A stretch of 64,000 bases of DNA, from IMG/VR virus record IMGVR_UViG_3300042346_001592, positions 1-64,000 of that record; one strand, given 5' to 3'. Position 1 is the stretch's first letter, and every line of letters begins with the position of its first letter. This stretch comes from a virus. The translations under genes were made by a program, and so were the position numbers. Shown here in pieces: positions 61,499 through 64,000 of the stretch. Under the pieces are notes generated by a model. The model worked only from the letters and a program-made list of their open reading frames with translations. It ran no database searches and had not been told where the DNA came from.

Positions 61499-63250
61499 TT
61501 ATTTGTATATTGGTATGATCATTTCCTTCTCATATATTTCTTTTGGCAAAAACGGAAACATATTTTCAAGAGGCTGGGATATTAGTTTTCCATCATCTGT
61601 TTGTAGTGTAGCAGAAGTTGGGTAAATTTCTTCATTAGGGGGGCATATTATTTCGCATAAATAATATCCTTTATAATTGATAATTGTTTCTAGTTTTGCT
61701 TTTAGTTCATTTATATCGTTAATTCGAGTAAATGGAAATCCGTATGCATAAGCAATTTTTTCAGCATCAGGGAAGGATATTCCTGAAGATGGGCTTTCTC
61801 CAGATAGTCTTTGATTAAAGAATTTAATTTGAGTATTTCTAATAGATAGATAACCCCCATTATTTAATATAAACAATTTTATAGGTAACTTATTTTCAAC
61901 AATAGTTTGTAATTCTTGGATATTAAATTGAAAGGAACCCTCCCCTGTAACACCAATAATAGTTGAGTTTGGATTAGCAAAGCATGCTCCTATGGCAGCT
62001 GGCAATGCAAACCCCATTTCTCCTTGAGCTGAGGGGATTATAAGTTTATTATTAATTAAAGATTGAGCTAATACATAGTAAGATGAACCAGCATCTGTTA
62101 TCACAATTGAATCTTTAGATATTTCAGATAACTCTTTAGAAAAGGAATACATATTTAATTGGTTGATATCATCTCTATCAAAAACAGGCCACATATTTTT
62201 CCAATTAATACATTTACTTATCCACTCTTGATTATTATTTATATAATTCGAAGAGTCAGTTGCAAAAAAATTTGTCAAATCATCTTCAATTATTTGTTCA
62301 ATTTTTACAGTTTCTTTAAGATGTTCATTTTTATCAATATCAACAACTACAATTTTAGCTTTTCGACCGAATAAATGATATTGATAACCAGTTGCTGGTA
62401 TGCTCAATGATGTTCCCAATCCTATAATAAGATCTGAGTTGGCTACAGCAAAATTTCCTGCTCTAGTACCTTTTAAACCTATTCTGCCAACATATAGCGG
62501 GTGGTTTTCAGGGAGAAGATTAGTTCCTAGAAAAGTTACAGCTACTGGTATTTGGTGCTTCTCAACAAATTTTTTAAATGCTTGTTTGGTATTTGATAAG
62601 TTTATACCATTACCTGCTATAATAATAGGGCGTTTTGAATCATTTAAGTATCTCATAAGTACAGATACAGATTTATTATCTATTATTATATCATCAGGAG
62701 TATAATGATGTAGATTATTTTCATCAATTAAAGTAGATTGTATATCTAGGGGGATATCAATCCAAACAGGGCCTGGTCTGTTTGAAGTACATAAATGATA
62801 TGCCTTTTCTAGCTCGTATGCTATATCCTCAGCACTTTCAATCATAACGGCATATTTGGTAATAGATTCAACAATTTTAATTATATTTGCTTCTTGAACT
62901 CCTAATTTTCTTAAGGAAACTTTTTTTAAAAAAGTTGTATCTTTTTTATTAACTTGCCCAGATATAAACATAACTTTATGACTATCTTGCCAAGCATCTA
63001 AAAGTCCGGTTATTGTATTTGTGCTTCCACACCCTGTTGTTGGGATTACTACAGAAACATCATTAGTAACTTTAGTATAACCAACTGCTGCCATAGCACA
63101 TGCTTGTTCATGATGGCAGAATACAGGTTTAATATTACTTTGGGCAATAGCATCATTCAAAAACATAGCCCCACCTCCTGTTACTTCAAATACATGTTTA
63201 ATATTTTTTTGTTCTAAAAATGATGCTACATAATCGGCCACTCTTACCAT
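61499..63250 (-). CDS. ThDP-dependent acetolactate-synthase-like enzyme (YerE-like)
   Basis: HHEQ..AMAA, GPVWIDIPLD, MGFALPAAIG, GEGS..FNIQEL...NN. Confidence 0.88.
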   Translation of the reverse strand: MVRVADYVASFLEQKNIKHVFEVTGGGAMFLNDAIAQSNIKPVFCHHEQACAMAAVGYTKVTNDVSVVIPTTGCGSTNTITGLLDAWQDSHKVMFISGQVNKKDTTFLKKVSLRKLGVQEANIIKIVESITKYAVMIESAEDIAYELEKAYHLCTSNRPGPVWIDIPLDIQSTLIDENNLHHYTPDDIIIDNKSVSVLMRYLNDSKRPIIIAGNGINLSNTKQAFKKFVEKHQIPVAVTFLGTNLLPENHPLYVGRIGLKGTRAGNFAVANSDLIIGLGTSLSIPATGYQYHLFGRKAKIVVVDIDKNEHLKETVKIEQIIEDDLTNFFATDSSNYINNNQEWISKCINWKNMWPVFDRDDINQLNMYSFSKELSEISKDSIVITDAGSSYYVLAQSLINNKLIIPSAQGEMGFALPAAIGACFANPNSTIIGVTGEGSFQFNIQELQTIVENKLPIKLFILNNGGYLSIRNTQIKFFNQRLSGESPSSGISFPDAEKIAYAYGFPFTRINDINELKAKLETIINYKGYYLCEIICPPNEEIYPTSATLQTDDGKLISQPLENMFPFLPKEIYEKEMIIPIYK

Positions 63251-64000
63251 ATAAACTTATTTTTATAATAATCGACAATCTGTGGAAGTTCATTATCAAA
63301 TTCTTTTTTTGGTTTCCATCCTAACTTTTGTAATTTAGAATCATCTAAAGCGTATCTAACATCTTGTCCTTGTCTTATATAAGAAAAATCAATATAATTA
63401 TCCAACTCTTCTAAATTTTTATTGTCTAATATACAAATTTTTTTCACAGTTTCCAAATTATTTTGCTCAAATCCGCCACAAATATTATAAATTTCGTTTT
63501 TAACTCCTGCGTTTACAATTGTGATTATCGCATCAGCAGTATCTTGTGCGTGCAACCAATTTCGTATTGGTGTCCCACCATTATGTAGTGGAACTTTTCT
63601 ACCTAACTTTAGATATTTGCAAGTTTTTGGTATTAACTTTTCAACATACTGGCCAATACCGTAATTATTTGTAGGCCTTACTATGATATATGGTAATCCA
63701 TATGTTCTTCCCCACGCCATAATTAACATATCAGCGGCTGCCTTTGTAGCCGAGTATGGGTTTGATGGTTTTAATAAATCTGTTTCAATATGCTCACCCT
63801 TTTCAATATCACCATAAACTTCATCGGTACTAAAATGTAATAATGTTGGTTTACTTATATTTTCTCCTCTATGATTTTTAATTAGTTCTAACAAATTATG
63901 AACTCCATTTATATTGGAGTGAATAAAATCATCACTGTTTGCTACTGAATTACCGACATGAGTTTCTGCCGCGGTATTTATTAAATAATCACAATCGTAT
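63244..64000 (-). CDS. dTDP-glucose 4,6-dehydratase-like (RfbB/RmlB), partial at right edge
   Basis: Frame stays open to the window end (AAETHV); STDEVYG, PYSATKA, NNYG, R.GQD.RY. Confidence 0.88.
   Translation of the reverse strand, partial: YDCDYLINTAAETHVGNSVANSDDFIHSNINGVHNLLELIKNHRGENISKPTLLHFSTDEVYGDIEKGEHIETDLLKPSNPYSATKAAADMLIMAWGRTYGLPYIIVRPTNNYGIGQYVEKLIPKTCKYLKLGRKVPLHNGGTPIRNWLHAQDTADAIITIVNAGVKNEIYNICGGFEQNNLETVKKICILDNKNLEELDNYIDFSYIRQGQDVRYALDDSKLQKLGWKPKKEFDNELPQIVDYYKNKFIW

Overview
AT-rich, gene-dense segment of a T4-related jumbo (huge) bacteriophage, most likely infecting a Bacteroidota host (Bacteroidota -33/-7 TTTG-N20-TAnnTTTG promoters, A-rich leaders without Shine-Dalgarno, Bacteroidota-style lipoproteins). 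Standard genetic code. It holds T4-like replication genes (C-terminal half of a split family B DNA polymerase, sliding clamp, UvsY-like, primase, UvsW), structural genes (gp6-like baseplate wedge, LamG and fibre-like proteins), a proteostasis set (GroES/GroEL, ClpP, J-domain, FKBP), nucleotide/phosphate metabolism genes (PPK2, guanylate kinase, dUTPase, PlcP-like phosphoesterase) and an extensive glycosylation toolkit (Aah/TibC-like heptosyltransferase, GT2-TPR, GT4, GDP-colitose pathway with a GT11 frameshifted at an A11 tract, and a ThDP-enzyme branched-sugar island). The best candidates for undescribed systems are: (i) a phage phosphorus-scavenging/lipid-remodelling set (PlcP-like enzyme + glycosyltransferase + PPK2); (ii) a potentially phase-variable phage glycosylation system; (iii) a family of proteins with T4-like capsid-targeting N-termini; (iv) several distinct promoter classes, including a palindromic TATATA motif that could act bidirectionally. 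No tRNA, rRNA, CRISPR array or IS element was seen. All assignments are from motif recognition by eye; no searches were run.
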